From Candidatus Lindowbacteria bacterium RIFCSPLOWO2_12_FULL_62_27 (GTDB taxonomy: Bacteria; Lindowbacteria; 2-12-FULL-62-27): DNA of 64,000 nt. Position 1 is the stretch's first letter. The number at the start of each line of letters is the position of its first letter. The stretch is from positions 1 through 64,000 of the forward strand of contig MFPR01000012.1 of assembly GCA_001784175.1 (NCBI GenBank). Direction: 5' to 3'. The position numbers and the translations under genes were made by a program. Below the pieces are notes generated by a model. The model did not search any database, had not been told where the DNA came from, and worked only from the letters and a program-made list of their open reading frames with translations. Shown here piece after piece: positions 46,582-56,078 of this stretch.

Positions 46582-47393
46582 CGCGGATCGCCCGCCCCGA
46601 CAGATACATCGCGTCGCACCAGATGGTTGTATATGGATTTGAAAAAATAGTATCCCCATCCCCAGCGGGACTGCGCCGACGGCGGGCTGGCGTCGGAGAC
46701 GCCGGCACTTGGGGCGCCGGAGGCGCTGACCCGGCCGGAACCCCAGTCCGGATCGTAGTGATCTTCGCTGTACAGGAATCGCTCCGGATGCGGCATGAGG
46801 CCGAACACGCGACCCGAATCGTCCTGCAAACCCGCGATCGCGCAGGCCGAGCCGTTCACGTTGTCTTCATACACGAGCGGCGCCAGTCCCGAAGCGATGT
46901 AGGATTCCGCCAGCCCCGGCCGGGCGACAAACCGGCCCTCCCGATGGGCGATCGGCAGCTCGAAGACGTCCGGGAGGGCTGAGAGATAGGGATTGTCCGG
47001 GCACAGCGTCCGAAGCCGGACCCATCGGCAGAGGAAGGCATGGCTTGCGTTTTCGATCAGCCGGCCTTCCGGCAGAAGGCCGAGCTGAACGAGAATCTGA
47101 AACCCGTTGCAGATGCCCAGGATCAATCCGCCGGCCGACCGGTAGGCCAGGAGCGCATCGCCCAGTTTCCGCTGGATCTCCAGCCGCGCAAGCCGGCCCG
47201 CGCCGATGTAATCGCCGTAACTGAATCCGCCCGGAAGAACCAGGAGGTCCGAGCCGCAAATGAGTTCGCGGGTCGCATCCGAAAAGGGCACGATGTCGGC
47301 GGCAAATCCTGCCAGCCGCAGCGCCCGCGCCGTTTCCCCGTCACAGTTCGTGCCGGGAAATTTCAGAAGTGTCGCTTGAGGCCGTTTTTCCAT
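46578..47393 (-). CDS. purQ: FGAM synthase glutaminase subunit
   Basis: FPGTNCD, PGGFSYGDY, GICNGFQ, GLMPHPER; repeat-derived insertion near the C-terminus. Confidence 0.95.
   Translation of the reverse strand: MEKRPQATLLKFPGTNCDGETARALRLAGFAADIVPFSDATRELICGSDLLVLPGGFSYGDYIGAGRLARLEIQRKLGDALLAYRSAGGLILGICNGFQILVQLGLLPEGRLIENASHAFLCRWVRLRTLCPDNPYLSALPDVFELPIAHREGRFVARPGLAESYIASGLAPLVYEDNVNGSACAIAGLQDDSGRVFGLMPHPERFLYSEDHYDPDWGSGRVSASGAPSAGVSDASPPSAQSRWGWGYYFFKSIYNHLVRRDVSVGAGDPR
46689..46737 (+). repeat. 49-bp double-hairpin repeat, copy 3 (in-frame in purQ)
   Basis: Identical to 28011-28059; encodes [16 protein letters not shown]. Confidence 0.9.
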
Positions 47394-49807
47394 ATCTCTT
47401 TCAATTCCGTGATCGGTTCGGTCAGCCAGGGGTCGCGCGCAGCGTCCATGCGGATGATCAGGTTCCGATGCACGGGCGTGGCCTGGCCGAGGATGGAGAA
47501 CGGCGTTCCGGCAAACCGTTCGTAGACGTCGCCCAGATGCGCCTTGTCCACCTCGAACAGGATCCGGCCGTTCGACTCGGAAAACAAAAGATCCGCCGGA
47601 CCGAGGCCGCGTTCGCGGTCCATTCGAACGAGGTCGATCTCCACGCCGGCCCGCGTCGAAAACGCCAGCTCGCACAGAGCCACCGCGAGGCCCCCCTCCG
47701 AAACGTCATGCGCCGACAGGATCAATCCCGACTGCACGCATTCATGAAACCGCCGGTACGTCTCAAATACCCGGTCCGCTTCCAGCCCCGGCGCCGCGCC
47801 ATCCTCCACGCCCAGCATCCGATGAAACGCGCTGCCTCCCAGTTCCCCTTTCGTTTGGCCGGCCAGGCAGATCATGGTGTCCGACCGGCGCAGCGTTGCG
47901 CCCGTTACGTGGTCTTTGCGATCCACGACGCCGAGCGCGGTCACAAGAAGCGTGACGGGGATCGAGCGGGCCGTTCCGCCGGAAACGAAATAATTATGAA
48001 AGGAATCTTTTCCGGAAATGAACGGCGCGCCGTACGTTTCCGCCGCGTGCGACATCCCTTTGACGCATTCGACCAGCCGGCCCAGCTCGTCGGGACGATC
48101 CGGATCGCCCATGCAAAAATTGTCGAGAAGTGCGATCTTGTCGGGATGCGCGCCGGCCACGACCACCTGCCGCACCGCCTCATCCACGGCCGACTGGCCC
48201 ATCCGGTACGGATCGAGAATCCCGTACTGCGGCAAAAGTGACACGCCGATGGCGATGCACTTGGCGGTTCCTTCCGCCCGAACGACGACGCCGTCCTGGG
48301 CATTGTCGCCGCCGGCGCCGGCCAGAGGCTTGAGGACCGTGTTGCCCTGAACCTCAAAATCATATTCGCGGATGACGGGCTCCCGCGAGGCGATGTTCAT
48401 ATCCCCGAGCAGGGACCGGACCCACTGGCGCATATCCCGCCGCGCGGTGGCCGTCCGGTCGAGGGCGGGCGTGGCGGGCGCCACCCCAAGAGACCGGGAC
48501 GCCGGAGAATATTCGGACCGCAGAGATTTCTGCGGCGCCGAGTGGAGGAATTCCACATCAAGGCGGCACTGCCGCTGTCCGGCCGCGAAGACTTCGAGGG
48601 CGGGCGTGCCCGTGATCTCGCCGATTTCGACGCATTCGGTTTCATGCCGCACCGCCAGCCGGTCCAGCGCATCCAGGTCGGCCGGACGGACCGCCATCAC
48701 CATGCGCTCCTGGCTTTCGGAAAGAAAAATTTCCCACGGTTCGAGATTCTCTTCTTTGAGCGGGACGCGGTCCAGATCGACCCGCGCGCCGGCCGCCCGC
48801 GCCATCTCGCCGATGGCGCTTGAGAGGCCGCCGGCGCCGCAATCGGTGATCGCCTCGATGAGCCCCGCCTCGCGCGCTTCCAATATGAAGTCCGTCAGTT
48901 TTTTTTCCTCAATCGGGTTTCCGATCTGAACCGCCTGCCGGTCCGACTCGTGACTCTCGCCGGTCAGGGACGCTGACGAAAAGGTCGCGCCGTGCAGTCC
49001 GTCCCGGCCCGTCCGCGCGCCGGCCACGACAATTTTCAAGCCGGGATACACTGCCTTTGGAATGGCACGAGTCGGAATCAGGCCGGCGGCGCCGCAGAAA
49101 ACCAGCGGGTTGCAGGTGAACCGATCGTCAAAATGAATCGCGCCTGCGACCGTCGGAATGCCCATCCGGTTGCCGTAGTCGCGCACGCCCCTCACCACGC
49201 CGCGGAAAACGCCCAGCGGATGGATCACGCCGCCGGGCAGGGCATCCGGATCGGCGTCCGGCCGGCCGAAACAGAAAACGTCCAGGCTCGCAACCGGTTT
49301 GGCGGCCTGGCCCGCGCCCAGAATGTCCCGGATGACGCCGCCCAGGCCGGTGTTCGCGCCGGCGTAAGGCTCGATCGCGGACGGATGATTATGGGTTTCG
49401 ACTTTCAGGCACGCGGCCGTCGTGTCATCCAGCCGGATGAAGCCGGCGTTGTCGTCGAATGCGCCGAGGACAAATCCGGGCTTTTGCCGCCGGATCCGGT
49501 CGGTGACGCCTTGAATGAAGGTCGCGAAAATGCCGTCCACAATTTCGGTCTTCCGGCCGTTCCGGTGAATGATCCGAGCGTTGAATACGCGGTGCTTGCA
49601 GTGCTCGCTCCACGTCTGCGCCAGGACCTCGATCTCGAGCAGGGTCGGCCGGCGGCTCAGGCTCCGGAAATAATCCTGGATCGCAATGAGGTCGGGGACC
49701 GACAGCGGCAGTTTTCGTTGAGCGCTGAATGCCGCCATCTCGTCGATGGTCTCCACGTCGAGCTGCGGCGCGGCTTCAGGCGATTCCAGAAGCGTCGAAT
49801 CAAGCAT
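47363..49807 (-). CDS. purL: FGAM synthase synthetase subunit
   Basis: QTWSEHCKH, KVETHNHPS, DCGAGG, SESQERM, SGKDS, HDVSEGG. Confidence 0.96.
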   Translation of the reverse strand: MLDSTLLESPEAAPQLDVETIDEMAAFSAQRKLPLSVPDLIAIQDYFRSLSRRPTLLEIEVLAQTWSEHCKHRVFNARIIHRNGRKTEIVDGIFATFIQGVTDRIRRQKPGFVLGAFDDNAGFIRLDDTTAACLKVETHNHPSAIEPYAGANTGLGGVIRDILGAGQAAKPVASLDVFCFGRPDADPDALPGGVIHPLGVFRGVVRGVRDYGNRMGIPTVAGAIHFDDRFTCNPLVFCGAAGLIPTRAIPKAVYPGLKIVVAGARTGRDGLHGATFSSASLTGESHESDRQAVQIGNPIEEKKLTDFILEAREAGLIEAITDCGAGGLSSAIGEMARAAGARVDLDRVPLKEENLEPWEIFLSESQERMVMAVRPADLDALDRLAVRHETECVEIGEITGTPALEVFAAGQRQCRLDVEFLHSAPQKSLRSEYSPASRSLGVAPATPALDRTATARRDMRQWVRSLLGDMNIASREPVIREYDFEVQGNTVLKPLAGAGGDNAQDGVVVRAEGTAKCIAIGVSLLPQYGILDPYRMGQSAVDEAVRQVVVAGAHPDKIALLDNFCMGDPDRPDELGRLVECVKGMSHAAETYGAPFISGKDSFHNYFVSGGTARSIPVTLLVTALGVVDRKDHVTGATLRRSDTMICLAGQTKGELGGSAFHRMLGVEDGAAPGLEADRVFETYRRFHECVQSGLILSAHDVSEGGLAVALCELAFSTRAGVEIDLVRMDRERGLGPADLLFSESNGRILFEVDKAHLGDVYERFAGTPFSILGQATPVHRNLIIRMDAARDPWLTEPITELKEIWKNGLKRHF

Positions 49808-50249
49808 GGCTCACACACCACTCGTGAATAACCGGATTGGCCGCGTCCCGGCGGAACCGCTCCAAAAATTCAGCGGCTGCGGGCACGGCCCGCACATAAA
49901 ACCGGCGGGCGATCCGCAGATCGTTCAGCCGGAATTTTTCCGGGGCGGCGGCGCGGTAATAATTGAGGATCGATTCACGCTCAAGATCGAGCATATTCGG
50001 TTTCAACCGGATGTCGACCCTGGCGTCTCCCTCGAAGTACGGCCGGTCGGAAAAATGCGCGATTTCGCCGACCCCGTCGACCAACGCGTCCAGGAGAAAC
50101 GCCCGCAGCGACCGTTCATCCCCGGAGAAATCCAGCGTGTAGACCCGCGTCTCCCGGAACGTCGCGCCCGCCGGCGCCGGCGTGTGCGTCATCTCGCCCG
50201 CGGCCCGGCTTTCCAGGAAGCGGGACACGACCTCAAGCGTGGACCGCAC
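49800..50249 (-). CDS. purS: Tandem PurS-like FGAM synthase accessory subunit
   Basis: Lies between purC and purL; V.IRLKP..LD and terminal ANPVI pattern of PurS, preceded by a second degenerate repeat (LVDGVGE). Confidence 0.65.
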   Translation of the reverse strand: MRSTLEVVSRFLESRAAGEMTHTPAPAGATFRETRVYTLDFSGDERSLRAFLLDALVDGVGEIAHFSDRPYFEGDARVDIRLKPNMLDLERESILNYYRAAAPEKFRLNDLRIARRFYVRAVPAAAEFLERFRRDAANPVIHEWCVSHA

Positions 50250-50949
50250 CGGCCACCCGACCCAGAACTTCGCTGTAACTGCCCATCACGTCGCCCATGT
50301 CACGCCGGAACCGGTCCTTGTCCAGGATTTTCCCTGTCTCCGTGTCCCACAGTCGGCACGTGTCCGGCGTGATCTCATCCGCGAGGATGATATCCTTTTT
50401 CTGAGGGCACAGGCGGCCAAACTCGAGTTTAAAATCGACCAGCCGGATGCCGATCTTTTTGAAAAATCCGGTGAGGAGATCGTTGACCTGCGAAGCCAGA
50501 AACCGCACCGTGTTCAGTTCCCGGACGGTCGCCAGCCGCATCTCGCGGATGTGCTCCTGCGTGATCATCGGATCGCCCAGCTCGTCGCTTTTGTAATAGT
50601 ACTCAAAAATCGGCGAGGAGAGCAGGCGGCCCTCCTCCCAGCCGGTCCGTTTGGCCAGGCTTCCCGCCACCGTGTTGCGCACGACGACTTCGACGGGAAT
50701 GATCTCGACCCGGCGCACGATCAAGTGCGTGTCGTCCACGTCGCGCACCAGGTGCGTGGGGATGCCGTCCTGTTCGAGCAGGTTCAGGAAATAATAGGTG
50801 AGCCGCTTGTTGATCCGGCCCTTGTCCTTGAACTGCGTCTTCTTTAGCCCGTTGAAGGCCGTCGCATCGTCCTTGAACTCCATCAGAAGCTCGTCCGGCC
50901 GGTCGGTCAGATACAGCCGTTTGGCTTTTCCTTCGTATAGAAGTTGCAT
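50233..50949 (-). CDS. purC: SAICAR synthetase
   Basis: LYEGKAK, FKDDATAFNG, LVDFKLEFG, LADEITPDTCRLWD, DKDRFR. Confidence 0.97.
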   Translation of the reverse strand: MQLLYEGKAKRLYLTDRPDELLMEFKDDATAFNGLKKTQFKDKGRINKRLTYYFLNLLEQDGIPTHLVRDVDDTHLIVRRVEIIPVEVVVRNTVAGSLAKRTGWEEGRLLSSPIFEYYYKSDELGDPMITQEHIREMRLATVRELNTVRFLASQVNDLLTGFFKKIGIRLVDFKLEFGRLCPQKKDIILADEITPDTCRLWDTETGKILDKDRFRRDMGDVMGSYSEVLGRVAGAVHA

Positions 50950-50978
50950 GGTCCTTACCCCCTGTTTCCGCGTATCCT

Positions 50979-51017
50979 CCCTCTCCCGCCTGTGGCGGGA
51001 GAGGGTCGGGGTGAGGG
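50979..51017 (-). repeat. CCCTCACC-CCCTCTCCC REP-like element
   Basis: ccctctcccgcctgtggcgggagagggtcggggtgaggg (reverse orientation). Confidence 0.8.
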
Positions 51018-51042
51018 TGGCAGGTTTCGGTCGTCGCCATCT

Positions 51043-51098
51043 GCCCCCCTCACCTCAATCCTCTCCCCCCTGCGGGGGGAGAGGAGGTGAGTAGTTAC
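51043..51098 (+). repeat. REP-like element; 56-bp inverted repeat partner of 54811-54866
   Basis: 53/56 identity to the reverse complement of 54811-54866 by manual alignment. Confidence 0.85.
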
Positions 51099-51207
51099 GT
51101 TCGTTCTTTGTTCCGGGTAACGGGGGACAGGGCATCTGCCTTTAAGTGAGTGATCTCGCCAGGGCGGGCGGCCAGTGGCCGCGGGCGCGCAAACGGCGGG
51201 CTCAGTC

Positions 51208-51274
51208 ACTCGTAGTCAGGAGGTTCCGGCCTCCTGGTAGATACTCCCGGTCCCATTACCAGGATTATACGAGT
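51208..51274 (-). ncRNA. Purine riboswitch aptamer (guanine-type, C74) upstream of the purC operon
   Basis: ACTCGTA-TAAT-CCTGGT-AATGGG-ACCGGG-AGTATCTAC-CAGGAGG-CCGGAA-CCTCCTG-AC-TACGAGT: P1/P2/P3, GG/CC kissing loops, conserved junctions. Confidence 0.92.
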
Positions 51275-51344
51275 TCGTGATCCAACGTCTGAAATTCCGT
51301 GATCCTCTCCTAACTTGGGCTCGAAATCAAATTTTCGAGCGAGT

Positions 51345-54300
51345 TTATGAGCAACCCAATGTGTTGCCGCAGTTTGTACATTTGTAGCAGGTACCGCTCC
51401 GCACCGTGACGTGGCCGCAGGCGTTGCAGAACGGGGCGTCCGACATCAGCGACGAATGGAATTCGTTCACCACCGCCGTCACGCCCGATTTGCCGTTGCC
51501 GCCGTTCGATTTCTCATCAATGTCCTTATCGTCCGGCGGTTTCACCTGCGCGACGTCCGTGCGTTTGAGGTAATCGACCGCCAGGATTCGAAATATCATA
51601 TCGATGACCGAGGTGGAGTACTTCACGTACGGATGGCCTTCGACTGGACCATAGGGCTGAAACCGGCTGAACGTGAAAGAATCGACATATTCCTCCATCG
51701 GGACGCCATATTGTAATCCGAGGGATACGGCAATCGCGAAACAGTTCATCAGGCTCCGAAAGGCCGCGCCCTCCTTGTGCATGTCGATGAACAATTCCCC
51801 GAGCGTCCGGTCCTCGTATTCGCCCGTGCGCAGATACACCTTGTGACCGCCCACCCGCAGCTCATAGGTGATGCCGCCGCGTTTGCGGGGCAACCGACGG
51901 CGGCGCGGACCGGCCTCCTCCCGGGCCGGCGCGGCGCCGTCCTTCTCCTCATCCACCGGGCGGATCGACACGAGGGCCTGCACGGCTTTGGAGCCGTCCC
52001 GATAGATGGAAATGCATTTGCATCCAAGTTTCCACGCCATCCGGTAAGCCTCTTTCACGTCCTCCACGGTCGCGTCGGCGGGCATGTTGATGGTCTTGGA
52101 AATGGACCCGGAAATAAACGGCTGGGCCGCGGCGATCATCCGAATGTGCGACGGCCAGCCCAGCGCGCGCCGGCCATGGATGCCACAGCGGTTGGCGCAA
52201 TCAAAAATCGGGAGATGGTCCTCTTTGAGGTGCGGCGCAAATTCGATGGTCTGCCAGCCGCAAATGTACTTGTTCGCCGTCTCGATGTCTTCCTTTGAGT
52301 AACCCAGATGATCCAGCAGATTGAAATCGAACCGGGTGAGATCATCCTCCGGCACGCCCAGCCGCAGGAGGGCGGCGCGATCGAACGAGGCGGCAGAAAA
52401 TACCTGCGTCAGGTGCAGGGCGTTCGGCAGCATTTCTTCGATTCTTTTAACGCGGCCGGGGTCAAGACCCTTGCCGATCAGAGACTCCGCATGGATGGCC
52501 GGCGCGCCCTGAAACGTCCCTCGCCCGAGCACATGGTGCGTCACGTCGGCGATCTGGTCGTCCGCGTAGCCGAGCCGCCGGAGCGCCTCCGGAACCGCCT
52601 GGTTCACGATCTTGAAGTACCCGCCGCCGGCCAGTTTCTTGAATTTCACCAGCGAATAATCGGGCTCGATTCCGGTCGTGTCGCAATCCATCAGAAGGCC
52701 GATCGTGCCGGTCGGCGCCAGGACCGACGTCTGGGCGTTCCGGAATCCGAATTTCCGTCCCAGGGCCAGCGCATGGTCCCAGGATGCACAGGCCTCTTCG
52801 TAGAGATAATACGTGAGCAGGTCCTTGTCGATCCCATGGGCGGCGTCCCGATGCATTTCGATGACGTCCAGCATGGCCTCGCGGTTTTTCGAATATCCCG
52901 CAAACGGTCCGTTGACTTCCGCCAGCCGCGCGGACTGCGCGTAGGCGGCGCCGCACATGAGCGCCGTCACGGCCGAGCAGACGGCGCGGCCGCGGTCGGA
53001 ATCATAGGGGATGCCCATGAGCATGAGCAGCGTCCCGAGGTTCGCGTAGCCAAGTCCGAGCGGCCGGTAGTCATGAGAATTTTTGGCGATCTCGGCGGTC
53101 GGATAGGACGCGAAATCCACGATGATCTCCTGGGCCGTCGTCAGGAGTTCCACCGTATGCCGGAATGCGGCCACGTCGAAGGCGCCGTCGGGTTTCAAGA
53201 ATTTGGCCAGATTGATCGACGCGAGATTGCAGGCGCTGTCGTCAAGAAACATGTACTCCGAGCAGGGATTGCTCGCGTTGATCCGGCCGGTCTTCTTGCA
53301 CGTGTGCCACCGGTTGATCGTCGTGTCAAACTGCAGGCCGGGGTCGGCGCACTCCCAGGCGGCGTGGCAAATCCTGTCGAACAGGTCCGGCGCGCGGTAT
53401 TCCTTCGCGACCTTGCCCGACGTCACAAACCGCGTCTGCCAGGCGCCGCCCTCCTCGACCGCCCGCATGAATTCGTCCGGAACGCGCACGCTGTTGTTCG
53501 AGTTCTGGCCGCTCACGGTCTTGTAGGCCTCTCCGTCCATCTCGCCGGAAAATCCGGCGGCGATGATCGCGCGCGCCTTCGCCTCCTCCCGCGCCTTCCA
53601 GGACACGAAGGCCTCGATGTCCGGGTGGTCGGCGTTCAGGATCACCATCTTCGCCGCGCGGCGGGTCGTCCCGCCCGATTTGATGGCGCCGCCGACCTTG
53701 TCGTAAATCTCCAGAAACGACATGAGTCCGGAGGAATTCCCGCCGTTCGAGAGCGGCTCGCCCGCGCCCCGCACGGTCGAGTAGTTGCTGCCCGCGCCGG
53801 AGCCGAACTTGAAAATCTTCATCTCGCGTTTCACGTGCTCCGCCAGGTCCATGAGATCGTCCTTGATCGATACGATGAAACACGCGGAAAGCTGCGGCCG
53901 CGAATACGCGTCCTCGGCTTCGCGGGCGGCGTTCAACCTTTCGTCGTAGCAGAAATTCCCGATGGGACTGCCCTTGATTCCATATTCATGTAAAAGCCCG
54001 CAGTTGAACCAGACGGGCGAATTGAACGCGGAGATCTGGTGGATCAGGAGGTGGGTCAGTTCCATTTCGAAAATGTCCGCGTCCTCTTCCGTGCAGAAAA
54101 TCCGCTGCCGCTCGCCCTCCTGCCGGAGCGTCCGGGCCAGCCGCGTCACCACCTGGCGCGCGCCGGTTTCCATGTCGGTCCCGGGCACGCCGGCCTTCCG
54201 AATGTATTTGGACGCCAGTATGTCGGTCGCAAGCTGTGACCAGAACTCGGGCACCTCGATGTCCTTGAGTTCAAAGACCACCGTGCCGTCCGGATTCAGG

Positions 54301-54458
54301 ATGCGGGATGTCCGCTTCGTCCAGGTGATCTCATCGAACGGATGAATTCCTTTTTTAGTGAACACGCGCGTAAATCGCAGGCCTCTCGGCAAATCCCGCC
54401 TCTGCAGGGCCGGACGAACCCTCCGGCCGGCCACCGGCGTCTGAAGTTTCATGGTCAT
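51345..54458 (-). CDS. nrdJ: Class II (adenosylcobalamin-dependent) ribonucleotide reductase with TSCPD domain and C-terminal Zn ribbon
   Basis: [66 protein letters not shown]-terminal CNAC...CTNCG...GCS. Confidence 0.95.
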   Translation of the reverse strand: MTMKLQTPVAGRRVRPALQRRDLPRGLRFTRVFTKKGIHPFDEITWTKRTSRILNPDGTVVFELKDIEVPEFWSQLATDILASKYIRKAGVPGTDMETGARQVVTRLARTLRQEGERQRIFCTEEDADIFEMELTHLLIHQISAFNSPVWFNCGLLHEYGIKGSPIGNFCYDERLNAAREAEDAYSRPQLSACFIVSIKDDLMDLAEHVKREMKIFKFGSGAGSNYSTVRGAGEPLSNGGNSSGLMSFLEIYDKVGGAIKSGGTTRRAAKMVILNADHPDIEAFVSWKAREEAKARAIIAAGFSGEMDGEAYKTVSGQNSNNSVRVPDEFMRAVEEGGAWQTRFVTSGKVAKEYRAPDLFDRICHAAWECADPGLQFDTTINRWHTCKKTGRINASNPCSEYMFLDDSACNLASINLAKFLKPDGAFDVAAFRHTVELLTTAQEIIVDFASYPTAEIAKNSHDYRPLGLGYANLGTLLMLMGIPYDSDRGRAVCSAVTALMCGAAYAQSARLAEVNGPFAGYSKNREAMLDVIEMHRDAAHGIDKDLLTYYLYEEACASWDHALALGRKFGFRNAQTSVLAPTGTIGLLMDCDTTGIEPDYSLVKFKKLAGGGYFKIVNQAVPEALRRLGYADDQIADVTHHVLGRGTFQGAPAIHAESLIGKGLDPGRVKRIEEMLPNALHLTQVFSAASFDRAALLRLGVPEDDLTRFDFNLLDHLGYSKEDIETANKYICGWQTIEFAPHLKEDHLPIFDCANRCGIHGRRALGWPSHIRMIAAAQPFISGSISKTINMPADATVEDVKEAYRMAWKLGCKCISIYRDGSKAVQALVSIRPVDEEKDGAAPAREEAGPRRRRLPRKRGGITYELRVGGHKVYLRTGEYEDRTLGELFIDMHKEGAAFRSLMNCFAIAVSLGLQYGVPMEEYVDSFTFSRFQPYGPVEGHPYVKYSTSVIDMIFRILAVDYLKRTDVAQVKPPDDKDIDEKSNGGNGKSGVTAVVNEFHSSLMSDAPFCNACGHVTVRSGTCYKCTNCGNTLGCS

Positions 54459-54601
54459 ATCAAGTCTTTTCGCCCCACCTTCCCCGTTTCTCGACTCTTC
54501 ACTCATTCGCATCCTGATTGGGACCTTCAAAGGAGGGACCACAAGTGAAAGACCTCGCGCGCCATGCATACACCGGCGAACCGCACGCCCGCGAACTCTT
54601 G

Positions 54602-54672
54602 TCACCCGTAGTAGGGAGGTTCCGGCCCCCCTGTAGAAACTCCCGGACCCATTACCAGGATTATACGAGTGA
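54602..54672 (-). ncRNA. Second purine riboswitch aptamer, upstream of nrdJ
   Basis: CACTCGTA-TAAT-CCTGGT-AATGGG-TCCGGG-AGTTTCTAC-AGGGGGG-CCGGAA-CCTCCCT-AC-TACGGGTG; paralog of 51208-51274 with a compensatory change in P3. Confidence 0.88.
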
Positions 54673-54699
54673 ATCTATTTCACATCGCAAACAGTCGGG

Positions 54700-54728
54700 C
54701 TTATACTTGGCTCAAATGCGAATGTCAA
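54700..54728 (-). promoter_or_regulatory. sigma70 promoter TTGACA-17-TATAAG upstream of the nrdJ riboswitch
   Basis: Minus strand TTGACAttcgcatttgagccaagTATAAG, ~27 nt before the aptamer. Confidence 0.7.
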
Positions 54729-54810
54729 GTCAAAAAAGAAACAATTCCGTATCCGGTCAGAAAATTTTTGTTCCAACAGTCAGCCGGCGCACGTAATGTG
54801 GCATCAGAGA

Positions 54811-54866
54811 GTATCTATTCACCTCCTCTCCCCCCGAAGGGGGGAGAGGATTGAGGTGAGGGGGGC
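54811..54866 (-). repeat. REP-like element; inverted partner of 51043-51098
   Basis: gtatctattcacctcctctccccccgaaggggggagaggattgaggtgaggggggc. Confidence 0.85.
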
Positions 54867-54989
54867 CGATGACGGCCGGGTCCATGGCGCCGCAACGAAT
54901 GGTTGTGTTTAGCCTCCTCGACAAATGCCAACCCGATCGCAAGCGCGCTGGCGGTGGGAAAGAATTTTACACAGTTGTTCCCAAAGGAG

Positions 54990-56078
54990 TTATCGTCCAT
55001 TCTCTTTACCTCGGTCCCGTCGCATGGTCTTGAATAACATATCATCATGCTGATAACGGCTTTCGTTTTTATTTCGATTTTGCTCGTGGATTTCCTTCGA
55101 ATACGTTGATTTCCGATTATTCTTTCCAGCAGAAAGATAGGAATAAAAAATGGATTCATCAAGAATGGGGAACAGCCCCATCAATCCCTCATCGAAGAAG
55201 GTGATGCCTATATGATTACGATGGAGTTTTACCAACCACTTTTTCGTCTCTGGCTTCAGAAGGAGATCCCGATGAGAAAGATATTGGCTCGGTTGGACGA
55301 CCGACCCTGTTACTGAGACCGATCCGCTGTTTTTTTCAGAAAATAATAACTGGGGGATGATGTCTTCTCCATACCTTCCGAATAATTCCAGTTTTGATTT
55401 CACAATGTCTTCGAATTCTGTTGCCTTTTCGTCTTCGGCAATGATCACCCTCTTGTAAAAGTACATGAAGTGGTCATAGTCCGTATCGTTGTTTTGTTTC
55501 TCATCGATGTCACGATTATGAAAATATGCAATCATGGCGCTTTCGATGGAATCGGCTTCAGTTGGAAGGGAGTCCAAAAATTTTTTATATTTGGTATGTC
55601 CTGGTGGTGGAGGCCAAATCCCGTGGGTAGTTAGGATATGGCGTGCTGTTTCAGATGGTGTTCCGTATCCATGCCGTGCCGTCTCGATCAGAAAGTCAAT
55701 CACAGAAGGAACCCTTCTGGCGGCATTCATCCCCCAGAAATCGTACAAGTCCGGGTATCGCCGTTCCATATCTTCAAACGATCTGGATGCCAGAAGCGCA
55801 TTTTGTGCTTGTTTGAATAAAGCATGCCCTTCACTTAATTTGGCCCGTTTGGCATCTCTTGTTCCATCGGGACGATATTTCCACATGATGAGTTCTGACA
55901 AATGCAGTGTGTCATCTGCCGGCGTATTCGAATGGGGGTTTGCGGCTATAGAGAATTCATGCGTAGGGGGGATCCATTCCTCATTCATCAGTAATCCTTT
56001 TCTAAAGAGGAACATAAACAAAATAAATAGGACGATTATCATGACTAAACAGAAGCTGAGCAATCGCAGTCTGAACAC
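54990..56078 (-). CDS. Membrane-anchored hypothetical protein, putative immunity protein of the Rhs toxin
   Basis: Start abuts/overlaps the Rhs stop; N-terminal hydrophobic helix LLSFCLVMIIVLFILFMFLF; lower GC like the toxin tip. Confidence 0.6.
   Translation of the reverse strand: MFRLRLLSFCLVMIIVLFILFMFLFRKGLLMNEEWIPPTHEFSIAANPHSNTPADDTLHLSELIMWKYRPDGTRDAKRAKLSEGHALFKQAQNALLASRSFEDMERRYPDLYDFWGMNAARRVPSVIDFLIETARHGYGTPSETARHILTTHGIWPPPPGHTKYKKFLDSLPTEADSIESAMIAYFHNRDIDEKQNNDTDYDHFMYFYKRVIIAEDEKATEFEDIVKSKLELFGRYGEDIIPQLLFSEKNSGSVSVTGSVVQPSQYLSHRDLLLKPETKKWLVKLHRNHIGITFFDEGLMGLFPILDESIFYSYLSAGKNNRKSTYSKEIHEQNRNKNESRYQHDDMLFKTMRRDRGKENGR

Noticed and set aside
28992-47675. Long N-terminal extensions in the ORF track for purA, guaA, carB, purQ, pyrC and pyrK
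   Set aside because: They overlap upstream genes; the true starts sit at ATGA overlaps or conserved N-terminal motifs, so these are not fusions.
54460-54760. Cobalamin riboswitch or NrdR boxes upstream of nrdJ
   Set aside because: No B12-box or NrdR consensus recognised; the purine aptamer explains the structured leader.
54760-54810. Possible dif/att site at the left end of the integrative element
   Set aside because: No convincing XerC/XerD arm match and no partner repeat in the window.
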